Part shown: one piece after another, positions 37,861 through 49,780 of the stretch
Numbering within the stretch: position 1 is the first letter of the stretch
How the letters are laid out: each line of letters opens with the position of its first letter
Assembly (NCBI GenBank): GCA_043228905.1
Contig: JBHGNT010000012.1
Span: forward strand, 8,370,001-8,434,000
DNA length: 64,000 nt
Reading direction: 5' to 3'
DNA from: Azolla caroliniana
Lineage: Eukaryota > Plantae > Polypodiophyta
Translations under genes and position numbers: made by a program
Notes under the pieces: model-generated
Seen by the model: only the letters and a program-made list of their open reading frames with translations
What the model was told of the DNA's origin: nothing
Database searches by the model: none

Positions 37861-40642
37861 CCCGGCTTTGCATTTGACATGTTGATCCTTTAAAGCACCT
37901 TTGTCGTGTACTTCTCCTATAACAGCCACACCAGTTTCTCCGACTGATCCCGGATTATTTTCATCCATAGTTTCTGTCTTACTAAACCCAAATCTTTCAT
38001 TTAGAAGATCCGGTTCAAGGCCGTCTTCAGATTTCCGATTTTGATCCGGTCTGATCCGACGATCAGTATGTCATCCACATACAGTAGGAGTATCAAGAAT
38101 TTTCCTCTGTCGAACTTCTTCACGAATACATAGTGGTCGGCCTGCATCTTGTGGTATCCTTGGTCGGTCATGAAGAAGTCAAACTTTCGGTGCCATTGCC
38201 GAGGAGCGTGCTTCAGTCTGTATAAGCTCTTCTTCAACTAGCATATCATGTGCTCCTTCCCTTTCTTTACAAATCCCTCCAGCGGTTCCATGTAGATCTC
38301 TTCTTCGATGTCACCATGCAAGAACATTGTCTTGATGTGTCGTTGCTCGACCTCGAGGTCCATGCTTGCCGCAATGCTCAACACGGTCTGGATGGACGTC
38401 ATCTTGACTACCAGGGCAAAGATCTCGTCGAAATCCACTCCTTTCTTCAATTGAAACCCCTTCACCACGATTCGGGCTTTGTACCTTGGTGGGTTTCCGG
38501 CATCTCCCGGTTTCATCGTGTACACCCACTTGTTTCTGAGAGCTCTCTTTCCTTTCGATGGCTCCGTCAGTTCATATGTGTGTTTCTCATGCAAGGAATC
38601 CATCTCATCCTGCATGGCACTTAACCACTTGCGATTGTGGGTGTCTTTCTTTGCTTCTTCGAAGCTTGTCGGCTCCCCCTCGTCGGTTAGCAACACATGG
38701 TCTGCATCCGGAAATCTCCGGGGGGCTCTTCTCTCCCTGAGGGGATATGTTCTTCCTTGGTCTTTGGCCATCGGTTCCTCTGTTTGTTCTTCATCCGAAT
38801 CCGATTCGGGGTCTTGTCCAGTTCCAGTGTCCGATTCTTCTTCTTCGGTTTCTTGTTTGAATCCGTCCGATTCTTCGAGTGACATCCGGCTTCCGGTAGG
38901 ATGGGTCCTTGTGTCTTTCGACCGATCTTTGTTAGTCGACCCGGAGTCCACTATCTTCTTCTCCAACTCCCTGTCCGCAATAGGCTTTTCTTCCATGACT
39001 ATGTCTCGACTACGGAAGAACTTATTATCGACCAAGTCCCACACTCGGTACCCGAACTCATCATCAACGTATCCAAAGAATATGCATGGCTGGATCCAAT
39101 TTCGCTCTCCAATTTCGCTCTCTTGTCCTTTGCAACATGCACGTAAGCGAGAAACCGAACACCTTCAGATTCCGGTAAGACATGTCTTTACCGGTCCATA
39201 CTCTCTATGGTGTGTCTCCTTCCAAGGGTGATGAGGGTGATCTGTATATCACATAGGTCGTTGTCATCAGCGCCTCAGTCCAAAACGTCTTGGGTTACTT
39301 TGCATGTGCTAGCATGCTCCGAACTCTCTCCATTACTGTCTAGTTCATTCTCTCACCAGTCCGTTCACTTCCGGTGTCTTCGGCACAGTGAATTCGAGCT
39401 GGATTCCCTTCGACTGAGAGTACTCCTCGAATTGCCCCCGGTATTCTCCTCCGGTGTCCACTTGAACCACCTTCAGCTTCCGACTGGTTTCCCTTTCCAC
39501 CTCACGTGGAATTCCTTGAAGACGGATAATACCTAGTCCTTCGTCTTCAGCGGTGATACCCACAGCTTCCGACTGTGGTCATCTATGAACATCACCAAGT
39601 ACTGTGATCCAGCATGTGACTTCGTGTCCACTTGGCATACATCGGTATGCATCTCATCGGTGGTCTGGTCCGGAAAGAGGTTCAGTTTTGTTTACCGGCC
39701 AAGCAATTGGTGCACTTCTCAAGCTGCACATCTTTCACCTCATGAACGAGGTTGTCTTCGGCAAGTCTTCTCATCCCTTTCTAGCTCATGTGACACAACC
39801 TCTTGTGCCACAGTTCACCGGCATTTTCAGATGCCGCTTTCACTTCATCCCGGAAAATCCAGGCATGCATCAGGAACAATGTGTTGATATTCTGAGCTCG
39901 AGCACCATTAGGCTTCCCTTGCTGAAATTCATGACTCCGTTCCGGATGTTACTTGTGTAGCCTTCATCATCCAAGCATCTGGCTGATATCAGGTTCAACC
40001 TAACCTCCGGAACATGTCGGGCATCCTTTAGTATCAGCTTACACCCAGTTGACGTTGTCAACCACACATCTCGTATGCGGACCATTCAGCATGCACCTTC
40101 ATTTCCCATCCGGACAGAACCGTGATCTTCGACTCTGTACGATGAGAAGCATTTCCGGTCGGGGTTCAAATGAAATGACGCTCCAGATTCGACAACCCAT
40201 GTCGTCTCGTCACTATCAAGATGTAGCTCACTCTCCTCAGTGATCAGTACCAGTTCTTCCTCACTTGTCGCAATTGTTGACGTCCCTCGTCTTTCCGAAA
40301 TCTTCTTCAGTTCCCCCTTTGGCTTTCCAAAAGTATCGGGTATTCTTCTGGACGTGCCCCCTCGACTTTGACTTCGACTTCTAGAAGTGCCGACTTTTCA
40401 CAATAAAAGCAAGTGGGCTTCCCCCTCGACTTCGACCTCGTCCCCGATTTGTCTCGGTTTTGGGGACTCCGATTCCGGCCTCTTCCCTAATTATGCTCAT
40501 CTTCCATTACCAAGGACTTCGGATTAGTTCCAGATTCCCTGTCCTTCCGGTGAGCTTCTTCATCCAGCAAGCCTGATTTTACCCTTGCCATGGACAATTT
40601 TTTTCCTTCCGACCCGGCGTTGCCCAAAGTGACAACTAGCGT
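37861..40642 (-). pseudogene. Copia A gag end-PR-INT-RT (degenerate)
   Basis: Homologous to copies C, F and I; LLYVDD at ~38070. Confidence 0.9.
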
Positions 40643-41919
40643 TGTCGTGAAGATCCGTCACTACGTGCGGATCACGAGGCGGAACCGCCGGGGTTTTGGA
40701 CCGGAAGGATTCAAAGTTGCACTAGCTTTACCGAGAAAGGAGAGATTGAAATAAGATAGAACGCCTGACTTTAGATTGAGAGAGATTAAGATTGATACTC
40801 TTGACTTTAGATTTAAAGAACAAGATTAATACATCAATTGGATAACGAATTTTCTTCTTAATATTAATTTTGATATCAAGTACAAAGCTTCCTTGATAAA
40901 AATCCCCCTTTTGCTTGATTCCTCCACTCTTTTATAGATGCCCCCATGCATATGGTGCATGTTAGGGTGCAAGACATGCATGGAATGCACGAAATGCATG
41001 CTTGCCATGTCATCATCTAAGCTCTCACACATGAGAATTGACATGTAAACCTATAATGATAAAAATATAATCCCTAAAGAAATAGTTTGGCTTAATGGTA
41101 AGCCCATTGCTTCTTATCTTGGAGGTGTTAAGTTTGAGTCTTGGTTACATCTTTTTCTTTTATGCACAAAATACTATTAGGCTTTTGGACCAAATATCTT
41201 TAAGACACCATGCACCGTGATCAACTGACCCGATCGATCCGTCCGATTTGCATTCTTTTGGTCCGACCCAGTCCGCATCCTGAGTCGCTTGTCGGTCATC
41301 GGCTGGCCGATTCCATCACTAGTTGTTGCCGATTTTATGCACAAAATACTATTAGGCTTTTGGACCAAATATCTTTAAGACACCATGCACCGTGATCAAC
41401 TGACCCGATCGATCCGTCCGATTTGCATTTGTTTGGTCCGACCCAGTCCGCATCCTGAGTCGCTTGTCGGTCACCGGCTGGCCGATTCCATCACTAGTTG
41501 TCGCCGATTTTGTTTGGCCAAAAGCTTTTACAAGTAGCTAGGCCACACCCACTCATCCAATTAGCTTAGTTCAAGTCACCTTGAACTCTCTATCCTCCAC
41601 GCATAGACACAAAGATAATAGCTTTTGCTCTACCTTATATATGGTGAGATCCTTATTTGTCCTGTCTATGTGGGATATCTCACAGTTTTATCTTTCTCTT
41701 TTCCTTTGCAAACTTCCTACCCACATAACTTGAGACTTTGATGTCTGTTTTCTTATGTAATAAAGTGCATTCGAAAGCTCTTGAAGACCTCCATCTTTTT
41801 GTACTAAGATATTAAAGTTATTTAAAATAGTATTTTCACTATTATTGTTTTATATGATTCATACTCGATTTCATATGTTTTATGCTATTTTCACACCATT
41901 GCCGAAAATTTTCACGACA
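40643..41919 (-). mobile_element. Solo LTR (E-related family) with an internal 175-bp tandem duplication
   Basis: TGTCGTG..CACGACA; TSD GCGT; duplication ~41158-41510. Confidence 0.85.
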
Positions 41920-42195
41920 GCGTCTCCCAACTATCCATGAGGGAACTGAGCAGGAGCAATGCAAGGCTATTTGATTTATGAGCCACTAGAAAGCATTCAT
42001 GTGCAACATCACTAACTTTCGGAATATTGAAACCCAATTTACGGCATTTTTACTCTCTAGCATGGTACCGATTTTCTCCCAGAGCACATGAGCCTTATTT
42101 TCTTCATTAAAGTTATTGTACAAGCTCATGTCGATAAAGCATCTAATGTATGTCGTCGTCTTCATATGCATCACCTTGTCCGGTTTCTTGTCCCT

Positions 42196-44917
42196 TGTTG
42201 TCATGTCAAGATTTGAACTCTTGACCTCTTATATATAGTCAAGTGTTGTGTTCCAAACCAACACGTCCAAATATATGGTCGTGTTATGTATATCTTAGTA
42301 GATTATTAGTAGATTATCTATTTCAAGTTCTAGGATTTTTTTGAAAGTTCTAGAACTAGAAGGTTCTAGAGGGTTCTAGAATATTCTCCCAAATATTCTA
42401 ATGCATGTGCTTCGACTCACAGTATAAATACTTGTAACCTCCTTGGTCCCTTTCAAGGGATTCAACACCAGTCATTGAGACATCAATCTAGTATTCTTGT
42501 TTAGTCACATCTTCTCTCCTTGATTTACATCTCTGTCTTTATGCTCTTGTATTGTTCCTAGCGTCTTAAGTTCCTCATCTCATCGCTCCCAACTTACCGA
42601 GTTTCTATCCCCATCGCGTCGAGTTCCACATTCGTAACCTTATCGGTCATAGCCTCGTCATTTGTGCTTTGTCGTAGTCTAGCATTGGTGTGTCTGTGAC
42701 AGTTTGAATCCCTTCCAACTGGAAGCATTACCCGTCTTTATCATCGCCCTTGCTTCTAGAGTTACCATCATCATCATCATTGGTTCTAGAGTTACCATCA
42801 TCAACATCCCTTCGTTTTCTATCTTCCTCGCCATCTCTATCTCTTAGTTTCTTTTCATCATCGTCTTTGTCTTTTGTCTCCTATTTTCTTTTCATCTCTA
42901 TCTCCTAGTTTCTTCTCATCATCATCTCTGTCTCTGCACTTCTTATCATCTTCCACATCCCTATCTTTGCATGTTTTGTCATTTTCATCCTTCTCCTTGT
43001 GTTTCCTACCGTTTTCATCTCTATCTATGTGTTTCTTATTATCTTCGTCACTTTCTCTGCGTTTGATACATCCTTCATCCCTGTCTTTGTGTTTCTTATT
43101 ATCTTCGTCACTTTCTCTGCGTTTGATACCACCTGCATCCCTGTCTTTGTGTTTTCTATCATCCTTTGTATATGTGTCTTTGTGTTTCTTCAGAACCTCA
43201 ACATCTCGATCTCTATGTTTCTTAGTCTCTTCATCTCTTTCTCCGCTTCCATCATTGCCATAGTCAAAGCCGTTGCTTCCAAATTCGCTTCGTCAACGTC
43301 ATTGCCTTCATTGCTTCGTCTTCGACATCATCATCTTCAACCCTCTTGTTGTTGTCATCAACACGACTTTGCCTAGTTGTCATTGTCGTCAAGTGTTCCA
43401 GTTCCCGGTGAGGACCGTGCAAGGTCGATCACATCCATTGGTGTTCGTGTCTCCGGTGAGGACCGCACATATGGTCGCTCACACCCTTTGGTGTTCGCAT
43501 CTCCGGTGAGGACTGTATATGATCTCTCACGCTCGTTGGTGTTCTAGTTCCCGATGTGAACCGCACATGGTCACTCACGTCCATTGGTGTTCGTGTCTCC
43601 GGTGAGGACCGCACATGATCGCTCACACCCATTGATGTTCGTGTCACCGGTGCGGACCGTACATGGTCTCTCAGGCCCATTGGTGTTCTAGTTCCCGATG
43701 AGGACCGCACATGGTCGCTCACGCTCGTTGGTGTTCCAGTTCCCAGTGAAGACCGTAGATGATCGCTCACTCATGTTGGTGTTCTAGTCTCCGGTGAGGA
43801 CCACAGATGGTCGCTCATGCTCGTTTGTGTTCCAGTTCCCGATGAGGACCGTACACGGTCGCTCACACTCACGTTGGTGTTCCAATCTCCGGTGAGGACC
43901 GAACGTGGTTGCTCACATTGACATTGGTGTTCCAGTATCCGGTGAGGTCATACATGGTTGCTCACCCCCTTGGTGTTCCAGTATCCGGTGAGGACCACAC
44001 ATGGTCGCTCGCGTTCACCCGTGCTCCTATTTCTAGTGAGGACAACTCATGGTCACTCACTCCTCAACGTACTTTGGTTTTCTCTTTAAACTCACCCCTG
44101 CTCACCCTCTTGATGTTCCAGTATCCGGTGAGGACCACACATGGTCGCTCGCGCTCACCCCTGCTCCTATTCCCGGTGAGGACAGCTCATGGTCACTCAC
44201 TCCTCAACGTACTTTGTTTTTCTCTTTCAACTCACCCCTACACCATGCTTTCGAAAAGGCAGTCGTAAAGGGGAGGATAATTGAACGCGTGCTCCTATTT
44301 CTGGTGAGGACAACTCATGGTCACTCACTCATCAACGTACTTTGTTTTTCTCTTTCAACTCGCTTTTGAAAAGGCGGTCGTAAAGGGGAGGATAATGTCG
44401 AAGGACATTACAATAGTCATGTCAAGATTTGAACTCTTGACCTCTTATATATAGTCAAGTGTTGTGTTCCAAACCAACACGTCCAAATATATGATCATGT
44501 TATGCATATCTTAGTAGATTATTAGTAGATTATCTATTTCAAGTTCTAGGAGTTTTTTGAAAGTTCTAGAACTAGAAGGTTCTAGAGGTTTCTAGAATAT
44601 TCTCCCGAATATTCTAATGCATGTACTTCGACTCACAGTATAAATACTTGTAACCTCCTTGGTCCCTTTCAAGGGATTCAACACCAGTCATTGAGACATC
44701 AATCTAGTATTCTTGTTTAGCCCCATCTTCTCTCCTTGATTTACATCTCTGTCTTTATGCTCTTGTATTGTTCCTAGCGTCTTAAGTTCCTCATCTCATC
44801 ACTCCCAACTTACTCAGTTTCTATCCCCATCACGTCGAGTTCCACGTTCATAACCTTATCGGTCATAGCCTCGTCATCTATGCTTTGTCATAGTCTAGCA
44901 TTGGTGTGTCTGTGACA
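42196..44917 (+). mobile_element. Non-autonomous LTR element G with tandem-repeat interior
   Basis: LTRs 42196-42701 and 44396-44917; PPT AAAGGGGAGGATAA; TSD TCCCT / TCCCC; no gag/pol motifs. Confidence 0.88.
43390..44340. repeat. ~45-bp minisatellite array (GGTGAGGACCGCACATGGTCGCTCAC...TTGGTGTTC)
   Basis: About 18 diverged copies, with higher-order duplication near the 3' end. Confidence 0.9.
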
Positions 44918-45889
44918 TCCCCGAACTGTACCGGTAGCCAGAGATCTTTGACCACGAGCATGTCCCTCATCTTCGACTTCCACACTGGGTAGTTGTAGCC
45001 GGTGAGCTTGAACATGCTTCCGAATGACTCTTCCATTTTTCTTTCTTTGTTTTAAGTTTACAACTTCGCTCCGATACCAGATTGTGTGGAAATAGTGCTC
45101 AGCCACTACCGAGTCTTAAACTCACAATGGAAGAAAACAGAAAATAGGAATAAGACGATTAGTGCACTTACTCAGAATGAGACAACGCCAGATGTTTACA
45201 TGGAAAAACCCTAATCAGGAAAAAACCACGGGAGCCTACGGACTCCAACTATCTCTATGAGAAGAGGATATAATGTGAGACTCAGAGGCAAACACCTCGA
45301 GCTCTATGCCTTCACCAACCGGTGATTACAACAGAAGAGCTTTCTGTATCTCACACACTCTCTCTCATGCTCTCTCTGTGTCTATACAACAATATCTCTA
45401 CACACATCATCTTACTAAAGTGATTTCCCTAACCCATATTTATACTTATATGACTTTAGGACTATTTACAAATATGGCTATGACAGGCACACTAGAAACA
45501 TATTTACAAATATGTCCCTGGATCATGTTCACACCGGATCCGTCCGGTCCGATTCCTTCCTTCGGCATCGTCCAATATGGTTCCTCCGGATCCCATCCCG
45601 AGGGACCGAATTCCCAACAATCAACTAACACTGAATCTGATGATGAAGATGGTGATGAGGACGAGATATAAAGACTAATACTTCTAATTTCTATAAGTTA
45701 TTATTAAGCTCAATAACCTTATGTTACTTTTCTTTGATCAAAGCTCCATTTTGATACATTGGACATAGTTCAAGTTATATCAGTATTGTATTTTATTAAA
45801 GTAAAATTTTCATCATGTGGTTCTTTTTTACCTTTATTTCCTTTCATGGACCTTCAAATATTTGATGTTATGTGTTCTTAAGGTTTTTG

Positions 45890-46810
45890 TTCTAAATTTT
45901 GTTCTTTAACCAAATGCAATGTGAGGGTATCTCAAGGAATGGAATCACGTTGGTGGGTCTATTGAAAGCTTGTTCCAATGTAGGATCTCTCGCCAAGGGT
46001 AAAGAAATTCATGTCGAGGTTGCAAAGAAAGGGTTAGAAACAGATGCTCTTGTTGGAGGGTCCTTAGTGGATATGTATGCGAAATGTGGTGCATTAAATG
46101 AAGCACAAGAAATGTTTGAGAGAACTTTGGTTCGAGATATAGTTTCATGGACATCACTCATGGTGGGAATCGAGATATGTTGAACATGGACATAATAAGG
46201 AGGCATTGGATTGCTTTGAAAAGATGAGGAAACATGGTTGTCTCTTGCTGGATGCATTTTCATTCTCTTGTGGATTGAAAGCTTGTGGAAACTTGAGAGA
46301 TAGACAAAAAGAACCAAGAAATACATGTCAAGATCATCAAAACTGGCTTTGAAAAATATGTCGCTGTTGGTAACAAGATAGTCAACATGTATGTGAATTG
46401 TGGGTTATTGTCAATTGCCCACTACTTGTTTAACACTCTACTGGTGTAAGACGTGGTCTCCCTAAACTCATTGATGGTAGGATATACCAAACGAGGGCAT
46501 AGCAAGGAGCCCATTTTTTGTTTTGAGGAGATGGTTCCAAAAGCGGGGTGTACAAATCCAGCGACTATAGTGTGTGCTTTGAAGGCATGTTGTGGGAGCA
46601 CTAGTACAATAGCAAAGGGAAGAGAGAGGTACATGCTCATGTGATAAAAGCAGGTATTGAACCTAACCTCATTATTGGTAATACATTAATTGACATGTAT
46701 GTGAAATCATGCTCTCTTTGAGAAGCAGAACAAGTCTTGATAAGCTTGTTGCTCATGATGTTGTATCGTGGACCCCACTAATTGTTGGATATGCTCAACT
46801 TGGGGAAAAT
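45890..46810 (+). pseudogene. PLS-class pentatricopeptide-repeat (PPR) gene remnant
   Basis: LLKACSNVGSLAKGKEIH, SLVDMYAKCGALNEAQEMFE, RDIVSWTSLM; motifs recur with stops and frameshifts. Confidence 0.85.
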
Positions 46811-47061
46811 GAGAAGCTAACGTATCTAACATACCGTATCTAACGTACCTAACAACCTTGTGCAGAAGCTTGTAGACACAAACGATTCTGCCGGATAGCA
46901 ACAGAAAACAGAATGAAGGTTTAACGGAAAGTTTCAAAAAAATACACAGAGAGTACGGGGGAGAGGCAGAGAGAGTAGAACACAAAAAAATCTATTCAAA
47001 ATAATACTCAACACTATGTACATACTGTGAAATGCACATAAAAGGAAACCAAACCAGCCTA

Positions 47062-47880
47062 GCTAGCTTCATACTTATCATTCAATATATAGAAGATACA
47101 AAGAAACCATTTTGGGACGGCCTAGCTACACGTGTCCCAAAATGGTGTGCTAAAAGGGTGGGCTAAAATGGGTGATGTGCTAAACGGGAGTGGCTAAAAG
47201 AGTAGTGTGTTCAAATGCATGCTCTTGCATGAAAGGGACACCACATTTCCCCCCTCAGAAAAACAAGGAGTGTTACGCTATGAGAGAAGGAGGGGTGCTA
47301 GAAGATAGGCTTGGGGTAGCATACAAAGAAACCATTTTGGGACGGCCTAGCTACACGTGTCCCAAAATGGTGTGCTAAAAGGGTGGGCTAAAATGGGTGA
47401 TGTGCTAAACGGGAGTGGCTAAAAGAGTAGTGTGTTCAAATGCATGCTCTTGCATGAAAGGGACACCACATTTCCCCCCTCAGAAAAACAAGGAGTGTTA
47501 CGCTATGAGAGAAGGAGGGGTGCTAGAAGATAGGCTTGGGGTAGCATATAGCTTGATACGGGCAACATGGGTTGAGGTGAATAGCTTCATACTTATCATT
47601 CAATATATAGAAGATACAAAGAAACCATTTTGGGACGGCCTAGCTACACGTGTCCCAAAATGGTGTGCTAAAAGGGTGGGCTAAAATGGGTGATGTGCTA
47701 AACGGGAGTGGCTAAAAGAGTAGTGTGTTCAAATGCATGCTCTTGCATGAAAGGGACACCACATTTCCCCCCTCAGAAAAACAAGGAGTGTTACGCTATG
47801 AGAGAAGGAGGGGTGCTAGAAGATAGGCTTGGGGTAGCATATAGCTTGATACGGGCAACATGGGTTGAGGTGAATTGACC
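47062..47880. repeat. Tandem triplication of the H 3' LTR / PPT / integrase-end junction
   Basis: Near-identical blocks restart at 47321 and 47582. Confidence 0.9.
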
Positions 47881-49780
47881 GTTGGAATCGCGTCGGAGTA
47901 AGTAAGTCGTGGACTTGATGGCACGAATTACGGTGAATGGGCCGATCCACCGGTGCATGAGGGATTCACTAAGACCACGCCGCCGGATCGGGAAGTAAAC
48001 AAGGACTTTGGTTCCATCAGCATACATCGGGATGATTCGACCCACGTCGTAGTGTCGCTTTTGACGTTGTTGTGCGACTTGTAGATTTTGGGAGCTGGCT
48101 TGTTGAAGGACGGGGAGCATTTGTTGGAGATAAAGCCCCCAAGTAGCACTATCCATGTTGGCAGGTTTAGAACAGATGTCAATGGACGTTTCTGGTGGGA
48201 GCCGCGGGTCGCATCCATAGAGTGCTCGAAAAGGGCTGATCCGTGTCGACGCTTGTACGGATGTATTGTAGGCATGGGTGACAAAAGGCAAGATTTGATC
48301 CCAGGTTTTGTTGCATGGATCGATGTAAGCGGCAATTTCTTGCTTGAGGGTCTTGTTGAGGCGTTCAGTGAGGCCATTTGTTTGAGAATGGTAAGGGGAT
48401 GTAAACACTTGTTGGACACCTAGTTGAGTTGCCATAGCATTGAGAACATCCCCATGGAACTGGCAGCCCTGATCAGATAAGATTTGGATAGGGCAACCAT
48501 GTTGAAATGTTACCTTTTGCAAGAGTTGGGAGGCAATTGTTGGCGCAATGATGTCGGGGATGGCAACAGTTTCAGCCCATCGTGTGAGGTATTCTGTTAT
48601 GACAAGGATATACCTGTTGCCCCTAGAGGTTTCGGGAAAAGGTCCCATGAAATCCCATCCGACCAGCTCGAAAGGTGACGTGACGGTGATGGGTTGGAGT
48701 GTTCCAGCTGGCTTGCCCCCAGGTTTGATGTGTTGACACAAAGCGCATTGTTTGATATAGGTAGAGACTGAGTGTCTCATGTTGGGCCAGTAATACTTGA
48801 GACGTAATTTTTCAAGAACCTTGTGGAAACCCAAGTGGCCCGACAATGGGTGGTCGTGATAAAATTGGAGATACGTTTGTTGTAGGGCATGAGGAATGTA
48901 GAGACGAGGCTCGTGATGCGCTTGAATGAAGAATACCAAGTTATCGCGGAGCATGAACCGTCGTTGTGAGGGAAACGGTTGGAGGGAGCGCAACTGATGG
49001 ATTATCTGTTGGATGGCGGGGTCGTGTTGTTGAAGCATAGCAAGTGGTGGCAATGGTATCCGAAGATCGAATGTCTCAGGGAGAAATTGGACAGCCTGGC
49101 AATCGGCGCGAGAGAGAATATCAGCGACCAAATTGGTTGCACCTTTCTGATAGGAGAGGGTAAACTGATATTCTTGAAGTGTCAGCGTCCATCGCAACAA
49201 GCGGCCTGGGGGGTGAGGTCGATGGATAAGAGAAAGCAAGGGTTGGTGGTCGGTCTCAACCGTAACCTGTCCACCATGAAGGTATGGATGAAAACGTTGG
49301 AAAGACCAGACAATCGCAAGTAGCTCCTTCTCAGTGGTTGAGTAGTTGCGTTCAGCCGGCGTGAGAGTCCGACTAATGAAGGCGACCGCCTTCTCTTGCC
49401 CATGGCAATCGGCTTGCAAGAGGACAGCTCCTAACCCCTGGTTTGTTGCGTCTGTCTGAAACGTGTACGGTCGGTCAAAGTTAGGATGGGCGAGCAACCC
49501 CGATTCCTTGACCATGGTTTTAAGGCGACGAAAGCTATCTTCACAAGCAGGATCCCAACTGAATGACACGCCTTTCTTCAAGAGTTGGCAAAGGGGAAAA
49601 GTGACCAAGGCAAGGTTTGGGATGAAGCGAAGGGAAAAGGTGATCATGCCCAAAAAACATTGCAAGGATTTGACTGAAGTGGGGCGAGGGTAGTCGTTGA
49701 TGGCTGCTACCTTTGCAGGGTCCATACGGATTCCGTCACCAGAGATGATGAAGCCGAGAAAACGGAGGCTAGTGCTTCCC
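47791..49780 (-). CDS. Gypsy H RT C-terminus, RNase H and integrase (uninterrupted frame)
   Basis: FQTDAT, EKELLAIV, HDHPLSGH..CALC, WDFMGP, SDQG, ERLNKT, WIGPF. Confidence 0.9.

Larger units (their letters stand above)
482..45619 (-). mobile_element. Ty1/Copia element A: outermost, oldest, fragmented by nested insertions
   Basis: 5' LTR 45083-45619; PBS 45068-45079; truncated 3' LTR ~482-691 next to PPT (AGCTCCCCCTT on +). gag-pol pieces at 45036-44918, 42195-41920, 40642-37861, 9069-8717 and 1115-702 rejoin across TSDs. Confidence 0.85.

Noticed and set aside
43390-44340. CRISPR-like periodicity
   Set aside because: The 'spacers' are homologous to each other, the repeats are degenerate and there are no cas genes; it is a minisatellite in an LTR element.
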